DNA of 64,000 bases, taken from Octopus sinensis (Eukaryota). Where the stretch lies: positions 2,294,001-2,358,000 of the forward strand of contig NC_042997.1 of the NCBI RefSeq assembly GCF_006345805.1. Direction: 5' to 3'. Positions 13,796 through 27,591 of this stretch are shown piece after piece (the stretch's first letter is position 1; every line of letters starts with the position of its first letter). The notes under the pieces were generated by a model that saw only the letters and a list, made by a program, of their open reading frames with translations, was not told the origin of the DNA and searched no databases. A program made the translations under genes and the position numbers.

Positions 13796-14443
13796 AAGTT
13801 GATCCTAAAGACTCTATGCGTCTCTATAGGGTTCACCCCTCCTACATCACACCCTCACTCTGCCATCTGAGGTAGAAACGCACGCCAGAGAGGACTATTG
13901 GCTCAGGTCAGAGAAGGCTATCAACCTACCGTGTTGATGCCACCGATGTGTGTGTGTTGTGTGGCCTACAATAATCGTGCCTGATGGCGGAGGGTGGTGA
14001 GTACAGGCCCTCGAGAAGGACAACAGCAACGCAGTTTGTGGTCGGCCGGTCGACGTCGGATCGTGTCGTCGCTGAAAGGTGACTGCCCTGTGCCAATGGT
14101 CTCGTGAGCTGTCAAGCTGACCGGTCTGAAGCGTTCACGAAAGTGTTACAGGTGGATGATTCAATCCTGCTTGGGCATGGTCACCCGATGGCGCCCTCTA
14201 CAAGTACAGTCTAGAGTGCTCTTGGTGTTGTTGTATCGCTGTTACTGGAGATAGATGGTGCTGTCATGGATAATGTAAGCTTTCGCATCAATCAAGGCAC
14301 GTTGCCCTGCTTGCAATTTATGTATCAGCCATATACCAGCATGTCTTGGAATTTTTACATTACATCCCCGAAATAAATTTTCAGAATTTAACATATAAAA
14401 ATGACATTTAAAAATTTAAATGTGTTTCTTTTGCGGTTCAGTG
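13790..14443 (-). mobile_element. Tc1-like transposon relic (5' TIR plus transposase N-terminal half)
   Basis: TA|CACTGAACCGCAAAAGAAAC terminus at 14443; minus translation LQAGQ ... CRGRHRVT ... DTIRRR ... GPVLT ... ARLL, then FSD ... SDGRVRV; several stops and frameshifts. Confidence 0.8.
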
Positions 14444-14559
14444 TATATATCATAAATGTGGCTTCTTCGCAAAGTACAACCGAAAGGTGGAAGTATAGAC
14501 GTCACTAAAGTGACTAAGGGTAATATTTTGCATCAACGTTGATAAGACTCAAAATATCT

Positions 14560-15900
14560 CATAGCATGGGAAAGCACTAACATGACTGTCAAGGGAGGCA
14601 AGCTCATTGCGGCATTCGTGGTATAGCCAGATCCCCAGATGTTGTAGGGAGATTACCTCCCTCGCCAGTCAGAAGATGCTTTGTAGTTGATGTGATCAGA
14701 GGGAGCAACCATCGGACGTAGCCATGCTGGTCAACAACTATGGGTTTTTGCTAATGACTTCAACTGCAGTATCTGGAGAACTGAGTGGCTGTGGGAACGA
14801 TAAAATGTAACAAACAGTACGGATGATTGTTCATGCAGTGATCGATCGAGGGATACAACGGTACATCAAGATCGCCAGCTGCACCGACAGCACTTGCAGG
14901 ATCGATTGCAGAGGACAACTGAATCAGCTAGGCAGACCATAGGGAGTCGCCACAAACATATATGTGCCGAGACAGTTCACCGCCGGTTCAGATCTTTCAA
15001 TCTGTTTTCGACCCCGGCAAGCGACCCCATCCGCACAAATCGCCATTAACGGGCACGCCTTCAGTGGGCTCAAAACTCAGCACTAGCGATATGAGCCGAG
15101 GAGGAAAGTAATCTTCTCTGACGAAAGTCGATATTGCATTTCTGTGGCAGATGGCAGAGATAGGATTTGAAGAAAAAAGGGGAGAATGTCATGCTGATGG
15201 CTGTGTGGGGGAGAGAGACCCCTGGGTAGAGATAGCATCATAACACGGGGAGGAATTGCACTCAACCAGTAACTTGGAGCGGTGGTCTTACAAAACATCG
15301 GCTAGGCCGGGGCCAATACAACAACTGTTGCTTGCTAAATCGAGCAAGTGTGGAGGTTTCACATTGTGCAATACTTTGCCCGTCATCGGAATCACCTGTT
15401 CCAACACAACAACGTCAGTATCAATACAGCTAGCTTGACAATAGACATCATCCAACAGAACAAAATCCAGATACACACTGCCATGTCCTCCCCTAAGCCC
15501 GGACTTGGACGCCACAGAACACCTGTCGCACGAAATCCTAAGACGGTAAATGTCATCCGTCTAAGGTGACAACTGCAGCAGAACTCACTGCAGGCTTTAA
15601 CAGATTGTGGGATGCTATACCCATGGCATTCATCGAATCGTTTGGTGATCCAATGTACATAAGATGCCTGAAGGTAATCAACGCTAACGGTGGTCACACA
15701 AGATATTGAATTCACCCCTTTGGATTTAGAATACTCCATCATCACTTGACATCAGGTGATGTCAAACAGGCTTCAGGAAATGACGTTTTATCATTATAAA
15801 AGAACAGTCTCTTAATTAGCACTCGTCAATTAATTCTATGGCATTCTGATAATAAACCAGTTTCTATTTCGTATGTGTGTGACGTTTGTTTTGTGGTTCA

Positions 15901-15901
<1 letters not shown>
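14560..15901 (+). mobile_element. Tc1-like transposon relic (degenerate DD34E transposase, 3' TIR)
   Basis: KVIFSDESRYC, LFQHNN, DLDATEHL and INANGGHTRY* (stop 15707-15709); right end gtttgttttgtggttcag|TA at 15901; left TIR not found. Confidence 0.85.
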
Positions 15902-15940
<39 letters not shown>

Positions 15941-15944
<4 letters not shown>

Positions 15945-17032
15945 TTTTAATTGTTTCCGTCATTTAACTGTGGTTATGCACGAGCACCGTTCTTAGACGA
16001 AGAAATCGACCCCAGGATCCATTCTTTGTAAGCCTAGTACTTATTATGTCGGTCAATTTTGTCGAACTGGTAGGTAACTGAGGCATAAACACACCAACAA
16101 CGGTGTCAAGTGATGACGGGGCACAAACACAAGCTCACACACGCACATATATATATACAAACTCAGAGACAGAGAGAGAGAGAAAGAGAAAGAGAAAGAT
16201 GGATAGACAGATAGATAGATAGACACACACTCACACATATCCCCAAATGCACTGATACACACAGATACACCCTCCCACCCAAACACATATATATGATGGA
16301 TTATCTTGTGAACGACGAATGAGCATTTAGTGAAATAAAGCGGTTATCATGGTATATGGATACGCATTTTTCTCTCGAGGCCTGCCTGTACCTTTTGGCG
16401 AACAGAAGTAGTTGAGGATTCACAATTGCACACCCACGCACATACACAGACAGACAAACATAACCCATATATATATATATATATTATATATATATATATA
16501 TATATTCTTTTAATTGTTTCCGTCATTTAACTGTGGTTATGCACGAGCACCGTTCTTAGACGAAGAAATCGACCCCAGGATCCATTCTTTGTAGCCTAGT
16601 ACTTATTATGTCGGTCAATTTTGTCGAACTGGTAGGTAACTGAGGCATAAACACACCAACAACGGTGTCAAGTGATGACGGGGCACAAACACAAGCTCAC
16701 ACACGCACATATATATATACAAACTCAGAGACAGAGAGAGAGAGAAAGAGAAAGAGAAAGAGAAAGATGGATAGACAGATAGATAGATAGACACACACTC
16801 ACACATATCCCCAAATGCACTGATACACACAGATACACCCTCCCACCCAAACACATATATATGATGGATTATCTTGTGAACGACGAATGAGCATTTAGTG
16901 AAATAAAGCGGTTATCATGGTATATGGATACGCATTTTTCTCTCGAGGCCTGCCTGTACCTTTTGGCGAACAGAAGTAGTTGAGGATTCACAATTGCACA
17001 CCCACGCACATACACAGACAGACAAACATAAC

Positions 17033-17034
<2 letters not shown>
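15941..17034. repeat. Near-identical tandem duplication (526 bp + 531 bp), each copy carrying a SINE-A 3' half on the minus strand
   Basis: 15941-16466 versus 16504-17034; the only differences I saw are a 1-bp indel (gtaagcc/gtagcc) and one extra GAGAAA; (TA)n lies before, between and after the copies. Confidence 0.95.
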
Positions 17035-17073
<39 letters not shown>

Positions 17074-17200
17074 TGTGTGTGTGTGTATGCACGCATGCAT
17101 GTATATATGTGTGTGTGTGTCTTTGTGAGTGTATGTATATATGTATATACATTCTGAAAATGTAACATGTGGATCGTAGGCAGTTTTTTAACCCGTCTCC

Positions 17201-17601
17201 TTTTTCTGACCGATATCTGTCCTCGAAACGTATAACCAAATTTCTCTCCTTCACCGAGCGTCTGCTAATATTTGCATGTACCACGTCCTCACGTTGTTGT
17301 TTTTCTTGTTTTTTCCTATTTTTTTTTGGGGGGGGGGAGAGATTAACTATATATATATGTGTGTATATTCAGACATACGTCCATCCATAGTTATATGCAT
17401 ACATACATACATACATACATACATACCACGGAATTTTGTGAGTGATCAGGTCGCAGTCTCAAAGTGACGAAAATATTTGGCAAATAAAATTTAAATGTTG
17501 AAGTGAAATTAACGGTTTTGTATGTTTTTAAATGTCTTATAAGAACCTTCCAGTCTGCAGTTGCTGTGTGTGTATATATATATATATATATATAATATAT
17601 A

Positions 17602-17677
<76 letters not shown>

Positions 17678-17806
17678 TTCTCACGAAGAGCTCGGAACGT
17701 TAAACCCTCCTTCTCCCTTCCTTCCTGAGCGTCCAATAATACTATATTTGTTCCACGTCCTCGCGTGGTTGTGTTTTCTCTTTGTGTTTTCATGTTTGGA
17801 TTAACT
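17201..17806 (+). repeat. Two diverged copies (17201-17350, 17676-17806) of a ~140-bp repeat with a hammerhead-like head, probably Penelope terminal-repeat derived
   Basis: Shared blocks g(a/g)aacgt, gagcgtc, ccacgtcctc(a/g)cgt and gattaactatatat in the same order. Confidence 0.7.
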
Positions 17807-18939
17807 ATATATATATATATATATATATATTTTACATATATATATAAAGCAATTCTTAACTTAAACTGTCCTGACTTCTACCAGCTGCATTTGCGATGGG
17901 GATACATTTATGTCATACGATAGAAATTGTCAAGTAACTTTTTGGGTTTCTTTTGTTTATCTTTTGTACTTTTAAAAACTTTATGACGTGTGATTGTTAA
18001 TTATGAAATTCATCGATCATTTGAAATCATATTATTGTTTATCACTGTGAAATTCAAATTAGCTTTAATTTTTCCTGATAATTTTTTTCCTTTATTTACT
18101 ATTGATAAACGAAAAAATGACAAAACTCTTCTGGTATTTTAGAAAATCTATTACAAATCTGTTACAGGTTTTGAGAGCTGCATTTTCAAACCCTCGAATA
18201 ATTCCCACTATAGTTGTTTATGCGATGAAATACACTATTGTCTTATCTTTTCTGTTAGGTTGTACCTGTGGATATTTGAAACATCAGTGAAAATTTTTAT
18301 ATTTGGTGAATTGATGTAATTTTGCACGTTGAATCTCAGGACATAATTCATTTATACCAGAAAAAAAATTTAAAAAGAAATTTACAAGGTTTTAAATTTT
18401 GATCATTTTTTACGTTGTCAGAAAACCATGATTTGGGAGCTTTTATTTTGTATGTGATAGCATGTTGTCAGCTGCAAACAAATGAAATGTTTGCGGGATT
18501 CTGGTTTATGCACGCCATATAAAACCTAATAAATTCTCTTTTATTTTGAAATGTTCAGAAATGATTTCCTAATTTGTATTCTACACACTGAAATTCATAC
18601 GATTGTGCACAAGGCAATTAAAAAAATACGTAAGCGATTTAAGACCTATTTAGCTATTATGTTTAGCACATCTCAAATGAACACGTGATAAGCAGCTTCG
18701 TAAAAGCTAAGCCTGTTACTATGGAAATATGCACATATTCCTCTGGCTTTAGATCATTACCCAAAATTTGCACACGTTCAATGCAAATTTTATAGCGAAT
18801 ATGAATTTAATGTCACTGAATACTTTGCAAGACTACACCAGTATGCTAAATATGTAATCAATAGGAACAAATTGCAGAAATTGAAAAGTTGTTGCCAAAT
18901 GGAAAAGATCCCTTAAACTCCATTTATTCTCTTTTACAC

Positions 18940-19640
<701 letters not shown>

Positions 19641-20044
19641 GTATATATGTATACATGCGTAGACAGGGATATAGGTACACATTAACTAGGTTACACAAGC
19701 ACTCTCACACACATATCATTGTGTTCACTACAATTAAGAATATACGCACCGATGTAAGTGTGAACAACAATGTATGCTTGGAAAAAGGTGGGCAACATTT
19801 AAAGCAAAAAAATATTGAAAGTTCACTGTAAGGATACATTCCATGGTTTAGATTTATCAATCATCACCGGATATAAAGCAAAGACCAAAAATCAAACAGT
19901 AGTATATCGAATTTTCATCTACGTACTGGAAAGTAAAAATAGTTTTCGTTCATTCACTCACCAACGTTGAAACTTAAATCTATATGTTATGTACGCATTT
20001 GTACAAGCTGCTGTTCAATTTGTTACATTATATGTGTGTCAGAG

Positions 20045-20049
20045 AGACG

Positions 20050-20087
<38 letters not shown>

Positions 20088-20184
20088 AAGAGGTGGGGAA
20101 GAGAGACTACATACGTATATGCGTTTATACATATGTGTGCGTATTTGTGTCTCTCTGCGTGTAATATATACATACACACATACA

Positions 20185-20256
<72 letters not shown>

Positions 20257-20787
20257 CTGTGTGTGTGTGCGTGTAAAAATATATTTGTAGATACACATTT
20301 ACAGATATATGCTTACATACACCTAAACTCAAAAGCATACACGAAAGCACACATATACACACATACACACACGCAAGCACAGGCACACATATTGAGTGGT
20401 AGAAAGGGAGGTATGGACAAGTGGCTGTATACCTGCGTACGTATTTACATACAAAGACATATAACGGATATCTTGCAGCCCGAATTACTGTACGTGATAT
20501 AATCGGATTACGGCTAGAATAAAAACAGTATAAACAGAATTAAACCGAGGGATTATATTGAATACAGTAATAGTTATTGGAAATCGTAATACTTGTTCTG
20601 AAATGTTGCAGGTGCACTGGATTAGTATTCAACACAAAAATACGTCCTGCGTTGTAAGAAGAAATACAACTCTCTATTGTTCTTTTTACAGATTATATCT
20701 CTCTACGGTTTTTTAATTTTATCTGTGTAGTTTTGAATTCTGCACACACGCATGAGTCTGTGTGTGAGTACATATATATATATATAT

Positions 20788-20835
<48 letters not shown>

Positions 20836-20844
20836 TATATATAT

Positions 20845-20887
<43 letters not shown>

Positions 20888-20913
20888 CTATATACATATA
20901 CATATACACACAC

Positions 20914-20986
<73 letters not shown>

Positions 20987-21227
20987 TATATACACACGCA
21001 CATATATATATTATTCATTCAGGTATTGGATTGTGTGCATTTTTGCCTGTGTTTGTTCAATTGTATACGGAAACAATTTCATAGATAGCAAATGCAACCA
21101 AATGCACATTCATATACAGAAACATGCAAATAAATATGAATGTAGTATATGTATATAAATAGATGCATATATATGTGTGTGTGTATTCACAGTCGCACAC
21201 ATTCATAACTATATATATACACGCACA

Positions 21228-21259
<32 letters not shown>

Positions 21260-21343
21260 GATAGATAGGTAGATAGATATACATATATATATATATGTAT
21301 TTGTATATATATGTATATGTATGTATGTACGTATGCATGTATG

Positions 21344-21374
<31 letters not shown>

Positions 21375-21400
21375 GTATGTATATATGTATGTATGTGTGT
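20045..21400. repeat. Cluster of (GA)n, (TACA)n, (TA)n and (TATG)n microsatellites
   Basis: Tracts at about 20045-20270, 20760-21015 and 21210-21400, separated by unique sequence. Confidence 0.9.
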
Positions 21401-22040
21401 TAGTGAGTGTGTGTTTACTCGCACAACGCGCATGTGTATATCTGTGTGTGGCTGGAAGTAGATGTAATTTTAAATGCGGAAACTGTTGAAGGCAACAATA
21501 TGTAGAGTAAATCATTATATTGGATTACCCATTATACCGAAGATAGCAATTTATCTATATTTTCTATCGCTGTTTATATATTATTGTAGTGATCTATCTA
21601 ATTGTCATTATACATTAATATTTAAGAAACAATTTACAAAAAAATATTATCATATTCGGACAATAGATACTGTAAATGTTAGTAAAAGGGATTATACATA
21701 TTATTCATGTAGATGAAAATATCAATGTTAATATTCTGTGGTAGGTTAGTGATTGAGCTTTCAATTATCATAATACCTTTGAATACATCCGTGATAACAT
21801 TTAGGGATGATACAAAACATTATACAATAAATACATAAAGAAAAATATTCCTCTATAGATATTTATTTTTCTTAGGTATAATTATATGAAAGATTGACAC
21901 TTCGATACTTCTCAATAGAGAACAATATCGTTGAAGAGAATGTGTAGTAAGTGGAATCCTGTCTTGCTGTGCCTTTTTAATTATACCATTAAATCTAGTG
22001 TGTAGAATATATATGCAACCACACACAGGCTCCCATGTTC

Positions 22041-22075
<35 letters not shown>

Positions 22076-22399
22076 AATACAATAAGAGGCTTCCAAATAG
22101 GAAAGCACCACAAAACAAAGGATAAATTCTCGAAAGGAATGAAAAATTAAAAACGTTTACAATTTTAACTATTTCCCAGACCTTCGTTTCTAACTATTTC
22201 CAGCAAAAAAATATTTGCTGAAGGTCAGTTTTCACCAGTGGGATAGCCTTTAGATTTCAGACATACAGACATCCAGATCCACAAGTAGAACTAACGGTTT
22301 TTATATCCTAACTTTTCAAACCACTGCGCAGACGCAGATTATACCCGGTGACAGAGAGGATGCCGGTAAAAATTTCGAAGAAATTTATCAAACAATATA

Positions 22400-22472
<73 letters not shown>

Positions 22473-22476
22473 TGTA

Positions 22477-23006
22477 CAGGACAAGTTATTACACGTGGAA
22501 AATTTCCGGATACGTTATTACATCTAGTAAAGTACAGAACGAGAAAAGTTTTAGTTAAAATGTTGCAGTTAAGGCTACAATTTGAAATGAAAAATTTAGA
22601 CTTAGAACATATTAGGTTTTATTGCAGCTAAAGATTTTATTACAAGATATTACTTCTATTTGTTATTACGTGTTACTTCTATTTAAAAAAAAATTCTTCA
22701 AAATATTTTTTGAAATTTAAAACTATTCAATTTGTCTACGATATATACTATTCTACTTTGATAATATTTTAGCTCTATTGATATTTCTGGCTCTCATTTT
22801 TTAAGTATTCTAGTGGATGCCATCATTTAACAAAATGATGGCATCCTTTTTAATTATAATGTTACTTTGTAAATTAAAATCAAATAATTTATAATATACT
22901 AATTTTTTCCTTAGCTGCAATATTTTAATCAAAATTTTCGTTTTCTGTACTTTACGACATTTAATAACTTGTGTTGAACTTTTCCAAGTGTAAATAACTT
23001 CTCCTG
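22477..23006. mobile_element. 530-bp MITE with ~115-bp imperfect TIRs, TA-flanked (Tc1/mariner-type ends)
   Basis: TA|CAGGACAAGTTATTACACGTGGAAAA ... versus ... TTTTCCAAGTGTAAATAACTTCTCCTG|TA; inverted identity continues through gtaaagtacagaa and ttaaaat(g/a)ttgcag(t/c)taagg; no coding capacity. Confidence 0.85.
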
Positions 23007-23208
23007 TACATTTCCAGGTTTATAATCTTAAGAATGATATCTCTCTTGCTCGCATTTTTCCATGAAATCCATGCTTTTTCTAGGCTATGCTATTATGCTA
23101 CATAATAATAGGTCGATTGATAATTTCAGATTTTACCTTATTGAAAATTTAAATAAAATTAATAAATTTCTAGACAATATTTTAATTTTTTTCATTTTTG
23201 TGATTGAA

Positions 23209-23212
<4 letters not shown>

Positions 23213-23270
<58 letters not shown>

Positions 23271-23344
23271 CCTAACCCTAACATCATCATGATCATGGTC
23301 ATCATCATCATTATTATTAATATTATTAGTATTATTATTATTAA

Positions 23345-23408
<64 letters not shown>
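23213..23408. repeat. (TTA)n / (TCA)n trinucleotide tract with an embedded (TAACCC)2
   Basis: Visible repeat; source of the poly-L and poly-N ORFs. Confidence 0.95.
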
Positions 23409-23449
23409 GGACAAAATATTTGAACAAATATTTGAAATAAAAATGTTAA

Positions 23450-23814
23450 TCTCTACATATATAAACGGCAAAATGTCTGTGTGCGTGTCCTTTATACAAA
23501 TCCACAGTTTTTCAGTTAGAGGGCTCGCACATTCAATGGTCATTAAAAACCGTCCAAGGGTGGTCGGGCACATCTTTACATTTCCCCAGTCACCCCACAA
23601 AGCCATTAAAGAATTAATAGAGGTGATTTTTTTCGTTAATTCTTTATCCAAAACCCAATCAAAATGCACGAAACTTGATACGCCAATTGAATGCCAGCTA
23701 GCTGTATGTGATTGGTCGGAGATTTGGACAGTACTCGCGTGTATGTGCACATGCACGCAGCTGTATATGCATGCACTAGCACTATGACCCGGCGTTGCCG
23801 GGTCACAATGCTAG
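23450..23814 (+). mobile_element. Complete 365-bp non-autonomous Helitron
   Basis: A|TCTCTACATATATAAACGG 5' end; 9-bp GC-rich hairpin TGACCCGGC-gtt-GCCGGGTCA five nt before the CTAG|T 3' end; inserted between A and T with no TSD. Confidence 0.88.
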
Positions 23815-26785
23815 TTATACTTGAATCCAATTTTTGTCTTATATTTTTTTCATATTTTACCTCACAACTTTCATTATACGAAGTTTTCTTGCATGGCACC
23901 GAAACTATGTAATTCTTCATGCTTTCTGCTATCATTGAAGGTAAGATAAATATATTTTGCTTTTATAATAATAAAACAATATTATGTAGATCTGAACTTA
24001 ATTGGAAGCGTTCCTTCCTCTCCTATAACATTCCTACAAATGTTGTCGGTTACATCACCATAATCACTTGAGTATGCCCCTTACTGGTTGACAATATGCG
24101 TTTCTCTGACCATGAACAGGAGTGGTGGGGGACACACTATAGCCATTAGGAAAAGTTTGAAGGAAATATTAGCTATTTTCCAACATTCGAGGGGTACGCA
24201 AGTTGCTTATCTCGTTCTGCTTATTCCATTTTTTATATATAAAAAAATTAGGATATAAAAATATATATCACATATGCTAGAAAGAATAGTCAACTCTCTA
24301 AAGCGAAAAAATAACCTTAACCTTTGTAGAAACACAAAGAAAAGTACAGTCATCACCGTATCAATTGTTTTCCCCTTTAGGGACAAAAACTAATCCAAAC
24401 ACGAGCGATCATATACCCCCTTTTGATAAATATACCCTCTTTTGATAAATGACATTTGAATGGAAAAACAACTCGAAAAAGAATTATTAAAAGTAAAAGA
24501 AAACTAAAATGTATATTTCTTAGTGCTAAATTACCCATCAATAATATCTCCCCAATAAAAAATGTAACCGCTATAACTGGGAGATGTGCATCAATCTTAA
24601 GAAGATTGAAACTAGGAATTCAAGACAGGTCAGATAGTCATCATAAGAAACTATTTCTCCTGTGCATTGATGAACTTATTTTATATTCTCAAATGCAGTG
24701 GATGCAGTGGATTACATAAATCTAACGAATATGAGGGTCAGAATGTCGAAACACATGCAACAGGTACCAAAATTTATCTCTATATCAATATACCGGAAAC
24801 ACTTCAGCGCAATTTCGATTGACTAAGGAAAATATGTTTATTCAGAAATATAAACGACCACTAATTCCCCTATAGCGACACACTAAAATGAGAAAAAACA
24901 ATTTATTAACCAAAAAACGACGTAAAACAATAGACAGAAATACACATCTTATGTAACGGGTTTTAAGTAGCTCCAGCTAACTGTAAAATAACGTTCCTTC
25001 ATCCGAAATTATCGAATATTTAAAGTTGCATGAAAGTTTAACTTTTTAAACATGTTGATTCCCAAATTGTCTCCTCTACCTCCAATCATGTATAATTCCT
25101 TTAAACTTACGTTTGAAAAACAAAATCTTGCCGACCCTGGTTTTATATTGTACAAAATTTCTTTTAAAAGAAATCATGTTATGACTCATCTACGTTGTCA
25201 AACTCTTATATTCTTACCTGCTTTATGTATACCCCTCTCTTTTACACACATACATATGTTTGTCTACATATATACACACACACACACACACATATATATA
25301 TGGATGTAAACATATATAAACATATAAATGTATGTACAGATATCGTATATCTATAATATAAGGTATATGATGTCTTAAGAGACATATACATGTATTATAT
25401 GTTTGTCAATATTTTAGAAAAAGAATTTAAATACATCGTCTCCTTGACAGGTTTTAGTTTTCTCTAGAGTATGTTTTTGCCTGTGTAAATGATTAATTTG
25501 CGATCTGGTGTATTGTGGATTCTTATCTAATATCTTCATTGTCGAGAAGGGCACTCGGTTAATTACCGTGGAGATCCATGACACTATTTTATAGCATTCT
25601 ACAATTTATTCCTCCCAATCCACTTTCACTTGAAATACCTACGTTTATAAACATTCTGGATTCGCATTTATCACCCAATCTAGTTGTTTGTGTGAGGATA
25701 TACGTTCCTTTACGACGAGGTTGTGATGTCACATGTGTTCAATGCTTTAGAAAAACCTACATACCAAAGATACATAAATATGCAAGTACGCATGTAGATC
25801 TGTTCATGTATTTATATGTGTGGTGAGTCTTCTTCACATATATGTATATATTGATGAATAGATAGATAGATAGATAGATATATAGCAAGATAGATAGATA
25901 GATAGATAGATAGATACATACATACATACATACATATATATTTACACACATACACACACACATATATATGCACTATATGTAAACATGTGTGTGTGGGCGT
26001 TACAGTAATAAAGATTTCATGAAATTATGTTTACATCCAGTTTCAGGGAGCTATATTAATCATACATTGATTAATCTTCTAAAGTATGTACGTTCTGAAC
26101 AGAATGATGGTGGAGTACATCTTAAACGTTTTAATACCACATTCCAGTTATATGTAGAAACAATCATATAGTAATTTCTCAAATGCACAAGTATTTATCA
26201 GATGATGTGCATTTGTATAGTAAAGCCGTAATCATGTCTACTGTGTACTGAATATACTGAATATTACAATAACGCATGGTATATGATCAAGGAGCATGCA
26301 AGTCATTTTTCGTAGAATAAATCTCGTGGCATACCCAATACTTCTGCACTAATACTTCTGCACTAAATTACAATACTTGAAATGGAAATCAGTATGAATG
26401 CGATAAGAATGAAGTGTAAGCTGCAATTATTAGAAGAAGAATGAGAAAAAAGTAATGAATATGCGTTAAAAATTGGGTACCTAACGTTCTTTGTGAATGT
26501 CATGCGGAGAGGATTCAGTAAATAGCAAGGCTCGTAATGTCAAAAATGACAGCAGTGGTGTCTATTTCACTGACTAAATTATTCGAAGAGATATCGGCAC
26601 AGTAGCGTTGTTACAAACTACAAAATAAAGGAAATTAGACTTTATGAAGTATATGGCATATTCATGTGCAAGAAAATCCCTAAGTATCCGTCCTCAGTAA
26701 CAATGGAGTAAAAAGTATCAAAAGCCCATTTCAGACTCATTTATATATATATATAAACCCTGGTTATTCTCATAGACCGGCCTTA

Positions 26786-26865
<80 letters not shown>

Positions 26866-26920
26866 CATATATATACAAAATTTAGAGAATTGCCACAAAA
26901 AGAACATTTTTTTATCTAAG

Positions 26921-27591
26921 CATATAGGCTGTCTAGTTTTAGTGGTCAGTCCTCTAAATTTTGTATGTAAAACAATTTTTGCTCTTCGTATTTTTTAAAA
27001 ATATGGTAGGCCACTTGTTTTAATTGATTAATATCAATGTTTACCCTTATTGAATTTTAAATAAAAATGTTCTCTTACCGGAAACTCGACTGCTGTAGTT
27101 AATTAACTGCAGAGTAATTTCTGACCTCAGCTCGCCAAAGTGAAGGCATTTGAAAGATACACATAAATATATTTTTTTTAAACTTTATACATGATGGATT
27201 TCGGTTGAGCGTTCTGTATCTAGTGCTAGAAATTATGTTTTGTAAACGACAGACTATGCTAATGATCTTGCAGATGTTTACGTGTCCATATACGTAAATA
27301 TTAACTAGTGAAATTAATTAGTACTTAGGTAATCGTTTTTTGTTTCGTATATTTTCATTTGACTTGCTTATTTTTACGCTTTGGTTTTTTGCTGAGTTTT
27401 TTTCTGGAGAACACATTCTACTTGGAAAATGGCAATTTCGACGTCTATATCTATCATATAGGTTGTCCACTTTTAGTGGTCAGTCCTCTAAATTTTCTAT
27501 GTAAAACTATTTTTTAACTTTTTTAACGGATTTTAAAAAAAATATGGTAGGCCACTGGTTTTAATTGATTAATATCAATTTCTCCCCTTAT
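26921..27591. repeat. ~130-bp direct repeats (26921-27050, 27455-27591) flanking a ~400-bp spacer
   Basis: Both copies read cataTAGG ... ttttagtggtcagtcctctaaatttt(g/c)tatgtaaaac ... aaatatggtaggccact(t/g)gttttaattgattaatatcaat. Confidence 0.9.

Noticed and set aside
23133-23756. 207-aa minus-strand ORF with poly-Asn
   Set aside because: Antisense of the non-coding Helitron joined to the (TTA)n tract.
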